DNA of 43,097 bases from Burkholderiales bacterium (lineage in GTDB: Bacteria > Pseudomonadota > Gammaproteobacteria > Burkholderiales > JACQAP01): contig DASWEZ010000156.1 in NCBI GenBank assembly GCA_036394495.1, positions 1-43,097 of the forward strand, given 5' to 3'. The notes under the pieces were generated by a model, which was not told where the DNA came from, made no database searches, and was given only the letters and a program-made list of their open reading frames with translations. Positions 8,502 through 17,362 of the stretch are shown piece after piece (within the stretch, counting starts at the first letter, position 1; every line of letters starts with the position of its first letter). Both the position numbers and the translations under genes were made by a program.

Positions 8502-8852
8502 ATGAGAGCTTCACGCAGTACGCATGCCGTCCTCGCCGTTGCGCTGATCGCCGGCCTGTTTTCCATGCCCGGCTTTGCCCAGGACCCTACCGATGAGGCC
8601 GCTGCCAAGGTCAACGAAAAATTCGGTGGCAACATCAAGAAACTTTTTGCCACCAAATGCAGCTGGTGCCACCAGGGTTACGGCATGAAACAGGCCGACG
8701 GCCCCAAACTCGCCGGAACGAGCAAGTCGCTCGCGGGGGTCATGGCGCAGATCATGAATGGCAAGACGCCGATGCCAGGCTTCAAGAACCAGCTCAAGTT
8801 CGAGGAAGTCCAGGCGCTTGCCGAGTACATCAAGGCGCTCCCGGAGAATTAG
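8502..8852 (+). CDS. Monohaem c-type cytochrome (probable electron acceptor of the PQQ dehydrogenase)
   Basis: 116 aa with a signal peptide, a single CSWCH (CxxCH) haem motif and a distal Met region (NGKTPMPGF). SD GGAG upstream of ATG 8502. Confidence 0.85.
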   Translation: MRASRSTHAVLAVALIAGLFSMPGFAQDPTDEAAAKVNEKFGGNIKKLFATKCSWCHQGYGMKQADGPKLAGTSKSLAGVMAQIMNGKTPMPGFKNQLKFEEVQALAEYIKALPEN

Positions 8853-8870
8853 CACTCGATCGAATCCAGC

Positions 8871-8904
8871 AACGAAAAGGACGGCCGCAGCCGCCCTTTT
8901 CGTT
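8871..8904. terminator. Bidirectional terminator hairpin between convergent genes
   Basis: AACGAAAAGGACGGC (8871-8885), loop CGCA, GCCGCCCTTTTCGTT (8890-8904); 14 of 15 positions paired. The A/T runs lie inside the stem ends. Confidence 0.6.
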
Positions 8905-8918
8905 GTCCGGCAGACCAT

Positions 8919-9293
8919 TCAGTCAGCGCGCTGAAGTTCCATCCTCGCGCCGAATCCGGCGTGCTTGCCGTTGCCGCGCAGCTGCTTGCCGCCTTCGCCC
9001 AGTTGCAGACTCATGACCAGCGCCGCGCCACTGGCGCCGGTGGCACTGAAGGTAAACAACTTGCCGTCGAACGACTGCTTGGCCAGTGGAATCGGTTGCG
9101 ATCCGAACTCGTCCAGATTCGTCAGGGCGATTTTCCCGGTTCCGTCTTCAGCAATTTCCATTGTCACCAATCCGCTGCTCATGCCGATATACCATGGCCC
9201 CTTCCACGATCCATGCAACGCGCCGGCATCGGCAACGGCCGCGCCAGCGAAGAACGTCGCCACCGTCATTGCGGCAAGCCATAGTGCTTTCAT
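8919..9293 (-). CDS. Hypothetical small secreted protein
   Basis: 124 aa with a clear signal peptide (MKALWLAAMTVATFFAGAAVADA) and normal composition. No family recognised. Confidence 0.6.
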   Translation of the reverse strand: MKALWLAAMTVATFFAGAAVADAGALHGSWKGPWYIGMSSGLVTMEIAEDGTGKIALTNLDEFGSQPIPLAKQSFDGKLFTFSATGASGAALVMSLQLGEGGKQLRGNGKHAGFGARMELQRAD

Positions 9294-9436
9294 CCTGTCC
9301 TCCGGCAGTTGGATCCGGCCGGGCGCCGGACCATGCGCAATTCTAACTGCAGGCCGGGCCCTCCATACAGAGGCACCAGAGACATGACTGGTCCGCCTTA
9401 ATATAATGACCCCTCAACCGCGCAGACAACCCATCG

Positions 9437-9988
9437 ATGAACTATTGCAGCGCCTGCGGCGCACGCGTCGAACACCGCGTGCCGCCCGGCGACACCCTTC
9501 CCCGCTACGTTTGCACCAATTGCGGGACCATCCACTACGAAAACCCGAAAATGGTTGTGGGCTGCATTCCCGAATGGGAAAACCGCATTCTGTTGTGCCG
9601 CCGCGCCATCGAACCCCGCCACGGCTTGTGGACCGTGCCTGCGGGCTTCATGGAAAACGCGGAAACCACCGCCGAAGGCGCCATGCGCGAGACGCTCGAG
9701 GAGGCCAACGCGAGGGTCGAGCTCCTGGGACTGTACGCACTGTTCAACATTCCGCACATCAACCAGGTGTACATGCTGTTTCGCGCCCGGCTTCTCGATC
9801 TCGATTTCAGCGCGGGCGCGGAGACGCTGGAAACAAAGCTGTTCGATGAAGACCAGATCCCCTGGAATGAAATCGCTTTCGTCACGGTCCGGCGCACGCT
9901 GAAGCATTACTTCGACGACCGCCGCGCCGGCGAATTCCGCTTCCACATGGGCACCGTAGAGCCCATGCCCAAGCCTGCTACGACCTAG
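9437..9988 (+). CDS. NUDIX hydrolase with N-terminal zinc ribbon
   Basis: 183 aa. CSACG...CTNCG zinc ribbon, then the Nudix box GFMENAETTAEGAMRETLEEANA (G-x5-E-x7-REx2EE). Confidence 0.85.
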   Translation: MNYCSACGARVEHRVPPGDTLPRYVCTNCGTIHYENPKMVVGCIPEWENRILLCRRAIEPRHGLWTVPAGFMENAETTAEGAMRETLEEANARVELLGLYALFNIPHINQVYMLFRARLLDLDFSAGAETLETKLFDEDQIPWNEIAFVTVRRTLKHYFDDRRAGEFRFHMGTVEPMPKPATT

Positions 9989-9990
9989 AC

Positions 9991-10011
9991 CAGCCGGCCC
10001 GCGGCCGGCTG
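9991..10011. terminator. GC-rich hairpin between convergent genes (weak terminator candidate)
   Basis: CAGCCGGCC (9991-9999), loop CGC, GGCCGGCTG (10003-10011). No strong T-run. Confidence 0.35.
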
Positions 10012-10015
10012 AGAT

Positions 10016-11182
10016 TTAGGGAGCGCGGAGTGCATCGACGATGTTCAGGCGGGAGGCGCGCACTGCAGGCAGGAAGCCGCCGAGCAGTCCCATGAACAAG
10101 GCAAAGCCAATCGACTTGGCGACGATCGTGGGATTGAGCGTGAACGAGAACGCGAGTTCGGCGAAGGATTGCCAGTTCATCGTCGAGATCGTCAGGAACT
10201 GCATGAAGGAGGCGAGTATCAATCCGATGCTGCCGCCCACCAGCCCGAGCAGCAACGCTTCCAGGAGAAATACCGCGAGGATGCCGCTGCTGCGGAAGCC
10301 GAGCGCGCGCAAGGTGCCGATCTCCGCCGTCCGGCTTGCCACGGACGCATACATGGTGATCATCGCGCCGATGGTCGCGCCGATCGAGAAAATGACCGAC
10401 AGCGTCATTCCCAGATAACCGATGAAATTCGCCAGCACCTCGGATTGCTCCGCGTAAAACACCGATTCGCGTTTGGCTTCCACTGTCAGCCTCGGATCGG
10501 ATTCGAGGCGCTGCTTCAGGCCGTCGAAGCGTCCTGGATCGTTCAATTTCAGGATCAGCGAAGAAAACACCGGCCGGCGGAAAGCCTGCATGAGCTGCTC
10601 CACATCCCCCCATATTTCCGAATCGAAACCGCTCTTGTTCGCGTCGAAGGTGCCGACCACGGTCCAATCGCGCATGCCGAAGCGCAGTTGCTCGCCGACA
10701 CCCGCGCCGCGAAAACGCTCCGCAATGCTGCGGCCCGCGATGATCTCCGAAGAACCCGGCTGGAACATGCGGCCCTGCACGATGCGCACCTGGGGACGCA
10801 ATTCCCGGCCCTGCGCACCGAGGCCGCGAATGATCACGTTGGACGGTTTGGCGGAATCGCGTTTCTGCAGCGTGATCAGCACGACCATTTCCTTCGACAC
10901 GCGCACCCGGCCGTCCGGTCCGTATGCAATCTCCGGCTGGCTTTCCACGACTCCGGCCTGCGCACGGTCGATGCCGCTTTGCACTTCCGTTCCCGACGAA
11001 CGCCGCGTGACCACGACGTTGTCCGGGGATCCGGTGTCGACCAGCGTTTTCTTCAAGCCCTCCTGAAGCATGAGCACGGTGGCGAACACGAACACCACCA
11101 GCGCCATGCCTGCGGCAGTGAGCGCGGTCGTCATCTTGCGCGCACTCAGGTTCTTCGCTGTGTACGAAAACGGGATCACCAT
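10016..11182 (-). CDS. ABC transporter permease, FtsX/MacB type (permease 2 of operon)
   Basis: 388 aa. N-terminal TM, a large periplasmic domain, then three C-terminal TM helices with RALGFRSSGIL (FtsX-type motif). Confidence 0.85.
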   Translation of the reverse strand: MVIPFSYTAKNLSARKMTTALTAAGMALVVFVFATVLMLQEGLKKTLVDTGSPDNVVVTRRSSGTEVQSGIDRAQAGVVESQPEIAYGPDGRVRVSKEMVVLITLQKRDSAKPSNVIIRGLGAQGRELRPQVRIVQGRMFQPGSSEIIAGRSIAERFRGAGVGEQLRFGMRDWTVVGTFDANKSGFDSEIWGDVEQLMQAFRRPVFSSLILKLNDPGRFDGLKQRLESDPRLTVEAKRESVFYAEQSEVLANFIGYLGMTLSVIFSIGATIGAMITMYASVASRTAEIGTLRALGFRSSGILAVFLLEALLLGLVGGSIGLILASFMQFLTISTMNWQSFAELAFSFTLNPTIVAKSIGFALFMGLLGGFLPAVRASRLNIVDALRAP

Positions 11183-11194
11183 GATCTAGATCGA

Positions 11195-11332
11195 GCCACA
11201 GAGGTCACAGAGAAGGGCAAACTCGACAACATACCGAATAAACGCGGAAGGACATTTGCGTATTTTTTCCTCTGTGATCTGAAAGGGTACTCCAACGTGC
11301 CAGGCACGTAGGGTATCTGTGTCCTCTGTGGC
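11195..11332. repeat. Palindromic intergenic element, copy B
   Basis: Left arm 11195-11212 GCCACAGAGGTCACAGAG; right arm 11317-11332 CTGTGTCCTCTGTGGC; 16/17 paired, with a single T-T mismatch at arm position 11. An extra internal CCTCTGTGATCTG sits at 11269-11281. It fills the 154-bp spacer between the two permease genes. Confidence 0.8.
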
Positions 11333-11336
11333 CAAT

Positions 11337-12494
11337 TCATCCGATGTTACGAAGCCCATCGACGATGTGCAATCGGGCCGCGCGCACGCTTGGAAACAGT
11401 GCCGCGACCGTGCCGACCAGAAGCGCGGCCGCCAACTGCATGTATACGGTTTGGCGTGAGACGCCGAAGACGGGGAACAGCGTTCCCAGCTTGGCGGCAA
11501 ACCAGTTCGCGACCGGATACGTGGCCACGATGCCTGCGGCGGCGCCCGCCAGGGCGATTGCCATGGATTCGCCGAAGATCAGCGCCATCAGACGCGCCGG
11601 TCCGAAACCGAGCGCCTTCATGGTTGCGTACTCCGCGAGGCGCTCGCGCGCCGTCATTGCCATGGTGTTCGCCATGACCGCCATGATGATGAATATCACG
11701 AGGAAGGAAACGATCTGGATGGCCACCACGATGGCCTCGGTCATGGCGACGAACCCCAGCTGGAATGCCTTCTCGGTTTCCGTCAGCGTTTCGGCAAGCG
11801 AATTTCTGAACTTCAGATCGATGGCCGCACTGACCGGTGCCGCGCTGCTCGGTTGATCGATGCCCACGATATAAACGCCGACCGTGTTGGCGCGGCGCGG
11901 CACCGTCTTCTTCAGGGTTTCGTTCAGGTAGTCCCAATGGAAGAAGAACTGTGACGTATCGGTCTTGGCATCGGCGCCGTCGTAAATGGCCCTGACAACA
12001 AATTCCCAGGTTCCGGGAAAGATGGTTCCCCGCAGCGGCACCAGGTCACCCACCTGGAAACCATACTGCGATGCAAGCTTGCGGCCGACCACGCAGCCTT
12101 TGCGATCGAGCAGGAAAGCCTTCATGTTCTCGGGCGCTATCTGGTATTCCGGATAAAGCGCAAAGTAAGTGGCGGCATCCACGGCAAACTGCGGGAAGAA
12201 ATTCCTTTCCGATACGTAGATGCCGCCGAACCAGTTGGCATGGCTGATATGGCTCACTCCGTCGACCTGCCGGATGCGCTCGCTGTACGTGATCGGCAAG
12301 GGGAACACGAGGGAAATGGCATTGCGCGTGACCAGCCGCGTGGTGGAAGCGTTCTCGGCTCCGGCAAACCATGCCTCCACCACCGTGCGCAACAGCCCGA
12401 ACGCGACAATCGCGACGAACAGACCGAACACGGTCAGCCCGGTGCGCAGCTTGTGGCGCAGGGCATTGCGCAGGATCAGTTTCAGGAAGTACAT
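11337..12494 (-). CDS. ABC transporter permease, FtsX/MacB type (permease 1 of operon)
   Basis: 385 aa with the same architecture as 10016..11182 (MKALGFGPARL motif). Confidence 0.85.
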   Translation of the reverse strand: MYFLKLILRNALRHKLRTGLTVFGLFVAIVAFGLLRTVVEAWFAGAENASTTRLVTRNAISLVFPLPITYSERIRQVDGVSHISHANWFGGIYVSERNFFPQFAVDAATYFALYPEYQIAPENMKAFLLDRKGCVVGRKLASQYGFQVGDLVPLRGTIFPGTWEFVVRAIYDGADAKTDTSQFFFHWDYLNETLKKTVPRRANTVGVYIVGIDQPSSAAPVSAAIDLKFRNSLAETLTETEKAFQLGFVAMTEAIVVAIQIVSFLVIFIIMAVMANTMAMTARERLAEYATMKALGFGPARLMALIFGESMAIALAGAAAGIVATYPVANWFAAKLGTLFPVFGVSRQTVYMQLAAALLVGTVAALFPSVRAARLHIVDGLRNIG

Positions 12495-12543
12495 GGAATC
12501 ATCCCGGGGCTGGAATGCACGGACCGATTGTAGTGGCGGGAGA

Positions 12544-13245
12544 TCAGGCGACGGCGGGCGCTGCGGCCTCGACCAGCTCGCCTTTGTCCAGGTGCTTGAC
12601 GATGCGGGCCCGTTGCGCTGCGCGCTGATCGTGAGTCACCATCACGATGGTTTTTCCCATCTCGCGGTTCAACCGGTCCAGCATCCCGAGAATATCCCCG
12701 GCGGACACCCGGTCCAGGTCGCCGGTCGGCTCATCGGCGACGATGAGCACCGGATCGGTAATGATGGCCCGCGCGATGGCCACGCGTTGCTGCTGCCCAC
12801 CGGAAAGTTCGGAAGGATAATGCGCGGCGCGGTCCGCGAGGCTGACCATGTCCAGCGCAAGCTGCACACGCTCGCGCCGGTCGCGGCGGCCCAGCCCGGT
12901 GAGCAACAGCGGCAACTCGACGTTCTCGAATGCGGTCAGCACCGGCATCAGGTTATAAAACTGGAAAATGAAGCCGATGTTCGCCGCGCGCCAGTCGGCA
13001 AGTCCGGACTCGGAAAGCCGGGAAATGTCTTCCGCGCCGATGCGCAGTTCGCCGCTGTCGGGCTTGTCGATTCCGGCCATGAGATTGAGCAGCGTGCTTT
13101 TCCCCGATCCGGACGGACCCATCAGCGCCAGGAATTCGCCCTCCGCGATATCGAAGCTCAGGTCGTGAAGTACCGGGACTACCTGACCTCCCCGCCGATA
13201 GGATTTGAACAGATGGCGTATCTCGACGATCGGCGCGCCGGTCAT
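12544..13245 (-). CDS. ABC transporter ATP-binding protein (MacB/LolD-like)
   Basis: 233 aa. Walker A GPSGSGKST, signature LSGGQQQRVAIARA, Walker B LIVADEPTGDLD. ATG 13245 abuts the adaptor stop. Confidence 0.9.
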   Translation of the reverse strand: MTGAPIVEIRHLFKSYRRGGQVVPVLHDLSFDIAEGEFLALMGPSGSGKSTLLNLMAGIDKPDSGELRIGAEDISRLSESGLADWRAANIGFIFQFYNLMPVLTAFENVELPLLLTGLGRRDRRERVQLALDMVSLADRAAHYPSELSGGQQQRVAIARAIITDPVLIVADEPTGDLDRVSAGDILGMLDRLNREMGKTIVMVTHDQRAAQRARIVKHLDKGELVEAAAPAVA

Positions 13246-14475
13246 CTACTTGGCCGCGGACTTGACTGCAGCGCCATCGTGCAATTTTTCGAGCGGTCTC
13301 AGCACTACCTTGTCGCCGGGTTGCGGACCACGCCGGACCTCGACCAGATCGCCGATTTTCGCGCCGGTCTCGATCGGCACTTCGGCAAGCTTGCCCTCTT
13401 TCACCACGAAGACGACGTCGCGGCCGCCCCGGTTTGCAATCGCGGCCGGATTCACGGCCGGGCGCGCCGTACGCTCGGTGTCACCAACTTCCCTCGTCAA
13501 AAACGCGGCCTTCGCGCTCATTTCCGGCAATACGCGTTCATCCGGATCGAGAAAGCGGATCTTGGTCATCACCGTCGCCTTGGAACGATCCACCGTGGGG
13601 ACGGTGCGGCTGACCTCGCCGCGAAAGCGTTTGTCCGGCAGCGCATCCAACTGGATCTCCACGGGCTGACCGACGTGCACCTTGGAAAGGCTGGACTCGG
13701 AGACGTCGGATTCGACTTCCAGTGTCGTCATGTCGGCCATGGTAACGACCGCACCTTTGCTGTCGAGCGCGGAAGAAAATGGCGTGACGATGTCGCCGAC
13801 ATTCGCTGCTTTCGTCAATACGACGCCGTCGAAAGGCGCGCGGATGAGCGTTTGTTCGACCTCGACCTGCGCGCCGCGCAAGCTGGCTACCGCAGCGGCG
13901 ATCCCGGCTTGCAGGCTGGCAATCTGGGCCGTGGATTTGTTATACCGCGCCACGGCAATGTCGTGCGACGCCTGCGAGACGAAACCCTCCGCCAGCAGGC
14001 CCTGCGAGCGCTTCAATGCGGTTTCGGCATCTTTCTGTTCCGCCTGTCCCTGTTCAAGGTTCGCTCGCGCGACCTGCACATTGGCCGCCGCCTGCTCGCG
14101 CTTCGCCTTCACATCCATGTCTTCCAGGCGCGCAATGACGTCGTCTTTGCTTACGCGGCTGCCTTCCTGTACCGCCAGCCATACCAGACGGCCGGTCGCC
14201 TTCGATGCGACCGCCGCCTTGCGTTGTGCCACGACATAACCGGTCGCGTTCAGAACGGTGAAGCTTTGCGACGGATAGGCCATCGTCACGCTGACCGTTT
14301 CCACTTCGGAGGGCGCACCGGCAAGGCGAAAGTAAACAACCAGGGCAGCCAAAAGCGCAACGACCACCAAAGTTGCCGGCACCAGCCGCCGGCGCCAGCG
14401 GCCACCCGCATGCGCCTGCGTGTATCCGGTTTTCGTACGGTCTATCTTCAGTCTCGACAGGTCCGGCGTATCCAA
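13246..14475 (-). CDS. Periplasmic adaptor (HlyD/MacA membrane-fusion family)
   Basis: 409 aa. N-terminal TM anchor, long coiled-coil region (ANVQVARANLEQGQAEQKDAETALKRSQ) and beta-barrel C-terminus. The start codon is TTG 14475. Confidence 0.85.
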   Translation of the reverse strand: MDTPDLSRLKIDRTKTGYTQAHAGGRWRRRLVPATLVVVALLAALVVYFRLAGAPSEVETVSVTMAYPSQSFTVLNATGYVVAQRKAAVASKATGRLVWLAVQEGSRVSKDDVIARLEDMDVKAKREQAAANVQVARANLEQGQAEQKDAETALKRSQGLLAEGFVSQASHDIAVARYNKSTAQIASLQAGIAAAVASLRGAQVEVEQTLIRAPFDGVVLTKAANVGDIVTPFSSALDSKGAVVTMADMTTLEVESDVSESSLSKVHVGQPVEIQLDALPDKRFRGEVSRTVPTVDRSKATVMTKIRFLDPDERVLPEMSAKAAFLTREVGDTERTARPAVNPAAIANRGGRDVVFVVKEGKLAEVPIETGAKIGDLVEVRRGPQPGDKVVLRPLEKLHDGAAVKSAAK

Positions 14476-14835
14476 GCGTAATCACCAGTTTGATGTCGTC
14501 ATTATGGAGGAAGGCCCCGGCGTTGGACCGGGCGAAATCCGGTAAGTGCGCACAAACAGGCGCCGGGATCGGTCAACGCGAATGCGCGCGCCTGCGTCGG
14601 GACGATGATTGTTCACGGCATCAGACCCGCGACATCGCCGCCTATTTTTTGCGTAGTAACGACGCCTGGCAGGCGGCGCTCGAAAAATGCGTAAACCCAT
14701 GTCTTATCTATATTTTAATTGATCGCGCGAAGCCGGAAAATTGCAAAGGTGCTACTATCCGGAATTCATGGATCCGCCGCGATTTGGACGTGAATGGCCT
14801 CCGGTTTATAGTGCAGTCCGACATCGCTGAAAATC

Positions 14836-16710
14836 ATGCCTGCCAATACACCAGCACCGCCAACAGCGGACACGAGAAAGCCGACTCCACCGCCGAGCTC
14901 GCCGCCTGCCGGTCCGGTAAAAACGCAGAAACAGCCCGACAAGAAGCTCACGCTCGAATATCTTCTGACCGGTCTGGTCGCTGACAACCTGGTTCCGCAG
15001 GACGCCGTCGACAAATTGATCGCGCTGCGCCGCAATCTGCGCAGCGGCGACATTCATCCGCTGATGATTCTCGCGGACCAGAAATGGAAGGATCCGCGCA
15101 ATCCCAAGAAGCTGCTGACCCTTGAAGTCCTGACCGAGTGGATGGCCGGCAAGGTAGGCCTTCCCTACCTGCACATCGATCCCTTCAAGATCGACTTTGC
15201 CGCCGTCACCAAGGTCGTGTCGAACGCTTATGCCGAGCGCTTCAAGATTCTGCCGGTCAGCGTCAACTCCACTGAAGTGGTGATCGCCACTTGCGAACCT
15301 TATGTTCACGAGTGGGAAGCCGAACTCGCGCGCATCATGCGACTGGAAATCAGGCGGGTCATCGCCAACCCCCAGGACATCAACGGCTACCTGGTGGAGT
15401 TCTACAACCTCGCGCGCTCGGTCAAGAGCGCCAGCGACCTGCACGGCGCGGCACTTTCCGACATCACCAACTTCGAGCAGTTGGTCCAGCTCGGCAGCAG
15501 CGGAAAACTCGATGCCAACGACCAGCATGTCGTGCGTCTGGTGGACTGGCTGCTGCAGTATGCCTTCGACGAAGGCGCCAGCGACATTCACGTCGAGCCG
15601 CGGCGGGATGTGGCCAACGTACGCTTCCGCATCGACGGCGTGCTGCATCAGGTCTACCAGATCCCGACGCCGGTGGTTGCCGCCATGACAAGCCGCATCA
15701 AGATTCTCGGGCGCATGGACGTGGTCGAAAAACGGCGCCCGCAGGATGGCCGCATCAAGACCCGCACCTCCGAAGGCGAGGAAATCGAACTGCGCCTGTC
15801 CACCATGCCGACCGCGTTCGGCGAAAAACTGGTGATGCGGATTTTCAATCCGGACGTCATCGTCAAGGGCTACAAGGACCTGGGCTTCTCCGACGAGGAC
15901 CGGGACCGCTGGCAAAAAGCCGTGACGAATCCGCACGGCATCGTTCTGGTGACCGGACCGACCGGCTCCGGCAAGACGACCACGCTGTACTCGACGCTGA
16001 AACTGCTGGCCCAGCCCGACGTCAATGTCTGCACCATCGAAGACCCGATCGAAATGGTCGAGCCCGCGTTCAACCAGATGCAGGTGCAAAGCGGCATCGG
16101 GCTGGATTTTGCGTCCGGCATCCGCACCCTGATGCGGCAGGATCCGGACATCGTGATGGTTGGCGAAATCCGCGACCTGGAAACCGCCGACATGGCCATA
16201 CAAGCGGCGTTGACCGGACACCTGGTGCTGTCCACCCTGCACACCAACGATTCCTCGTCCGCCGTTACACGCTTGCTCGATCTCGGTGTGCCGCCGTATC
16301 TGATCCATTCGACGATTCTCGGTGTCATGGCGCAACGCCTGGTGCGCACGCTCTGCCCGCTTTGCCGCGAAGCCACCGATATCGATGCGGAAACCTGGAG
16401 CATGCTGATCGCACCCTGGCAGGCGGAGAAACCGCAGCAGATGTACCTGGCGAAAGGCTGCCTCGAATGCCGGATGACCGGGTATGCCGGCCGGATCGGC
16501 ATCTACGAGATTCTGCTCATGACGCCTGCACAACGCCCGCTGATCACGGTCGACGCCGATTTCACCCAGATACGCGACCAGGCCTACCGGGACGGCATGA
16601 AGCCACTGAGGATTTCAGGTGCCATGAAAGTCGCTGCAGGAGTCACGACCGTGGATGAAGTACTCAAAGTCGCTCCCCCGCTGGGCGGAGATCGCAGGAA
16701 GAAACCGTAA
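14836..16710 (+). CDS. GspE/PilB-family secretion ATPase (orphan)
   Basis: 624 aa. Pro/Thr-rich N-terminal tail, GSPII_E_N-like domain, Walker A GPTGSGKTT, MVGEIRD (Walker B region), STLHTN (His box), tetracysteine CPLC...CLEC. Confidence 0.85.
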   Translation: MPANTPAPPTADTRKPTPPPSSPPAGPVKTQKQPDKKLTLEYLLTGLVADNLVPQDAVDKLIALRRNLRSGDIHPLMILADQKWKDPRNPKKLLTLEVLTEWMAGKVGLPYLHIDPFKIDFAAVTKVVSNAYAERFKILPVSVNSTEVVIATCEPYVHEWEAELARIMRLEIRRVIANPQDINGYLVEFYNLARSVKSASDLHGAALSDITNFEQLVQLGSSGKLDANDQHVVRLVDWLLQYAFDEGASDIHVEPRRDVANVRFRIDGVLHQVYQIPTPVVAAMTSRIKILGRMDVVEKRRPQDGRIKTRTSEGEEIELRLSTMPTAFGEKLVMRIFNPDVIVKGYKDLGFSDEDRDRWQKAVTNPHGIVLVTGPTGSGKTTTLYSTLKLLAQPDVNVCTIEDPIEMVEPAFNQMQVQSGIGLDFASGIRTLMRQDPDIVMVGEIRDLETADMAIQAALTGHLVLSTLHTNDSSSAVTRLLDLGVPPYLIHSTILGVMAQRLVRTLCPLCREATDIDAETWSMLIAPWQAEKPQQMYLAKGCLECRMTGYAGRIGIYEILLMTPAQRPLITVDADFTQIRDQAYRDGMKPLRISGAMKVAAGVTTVDEVLKVAPPLGGDRRKKP

Positions 16711-16855
16711 CCGGCTTCTTAGGACCGCATCACGCGGTGCGCGGCGCTCCCGCCACATTGCCCGGCCCGATTGCCCGTCACGCAGATCAGGGCGCGCACA
16801 AAAAATTCTGCAATCGCCCGTTTTCGCCGTTGACCATCCAATCAGATTGAAGACC

Positions 16856-17284
16856 ATGAAGGACACCCTGAAACCCGGCCTCACCCATACATTCCAGTTC
16901 AAGATTCCGGCAAACAAGACGGTGCCTCACCTTTATCCGGAATCCGACATGTTTCGCGAAATGCCGGACGTGCTGGCTACCGGCTTCATGGTCGGCCTGC
17001 TCGAATGGGCGTGCGTCGAAACCCTGCGCCCGCATCTTGACTGGCCCGCTGAACAGACACTCGGCACCCACGTGAATTTCTCGCACGAGGCCGCCACCCC
17101 TCCCGGCCTGACCGTAACCGTCGCGGTGCGTCTGGAACGAGTCGAGGGCCGCAAGCTGGTCTTCCACGTGGAGGCGCATGACGGCATCGAACGCATCTCT
17201 TCGGGCACGCATGAACGCTTCATAATCGACGCCGCCCGCTTCCGCAGCAAAGTGGCGGAGAAGGCACGCAAGGTATCCGCTTGA
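16856..17284 (+). CDS. Hotdog-fold thioesterase, FlK (fluoroacetyl-CoA thioesterase-like) family
   Basis: ORF 16655..17284 trimmed to ATG 16856. The 142 aa closely track the FlK pattern I recall: HLYPES...ATGFMVGLLEWACVE...AATPPGLTVTV...GTHERFII. Confidence 0.8.
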   Translation: MKDTLKPGLTHTFQFKIPANKTVPHLYPESDMFREMPDVLATGFMVGLLEWACVETLRPHLDWPAEQTLGTHVNFSHEAATPPGLTVTVAVRLERVEGRKLVFHVEAHDGIERISSGTHERFIIDAARFRSKVAEKARKVSA

Positions 17285-17303
17285 CGCATCCGGTCGGGGC
17301 GAC

Positions 17304-17362
17304 GCCTTGGATTTTTCGATGCCTTGAATTTTTCGATGCCATGAATTCTTCGATGCCATGAA
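17304..17362 (+). repeat. Tandem 17-bp direct repeat, 3.5 copies, overlapping the start codon of the next gene
   Basis: GCCTTGGATTTTTCGAT (17304-17320), GCCTTGAATTTTTCGAT (17321-17337), GCCATGAATTCTTCGAT (17338-17354), GCCATGAAC (17355-17363). The ATG in the partial fourth copy is the ORF start at 17358. Confidence 0.85.

Noticed and set aside
12220-14481. 753-aa plus-strand ORF, with many other long ORFs opposite real genes (e.g. 282-1088+, 2025-3011+, 2293-3369-, 4258-5157-, 6650-7684-, 14806-16533-, 18069-19613-, 21892-23142+, 23145-24839+, 28445-29539-, 38314-40206+, 38987-40000-, 40161-41636-, 40544-42013+)
   Set aside because: These are typical high-GC antisense or off-frame open frames. 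Their composition is dominated by Arg/Ala/Gly/Pro/His, they contain no recognisable motifs, and each is fully overlapped by a gene with clear family signatures in another frame or strand.
14940-15030. MshEN-type c-di-GMP binding motif in the GspE-like N-terminal domain (LEYLLTGLVADNLVPQDAVDKLIAL)
   Set aside because: The spacing around the Gly does not fit the RLGxx(L/V/I)(L/V/I)xxG(L/V/I)(L/V/I)xxxxLxxxLxxQ pattern as I remember it, and there is no leading RLG. I leave it as a test to run rather than a claim.
16711-16855. Possible regulatory palindrome or small RNA between the GspE-like gene and the thioesterase gene
   Set aside because: Only short, imperfect self-complementarity was found, with no terminator or repeated motif.
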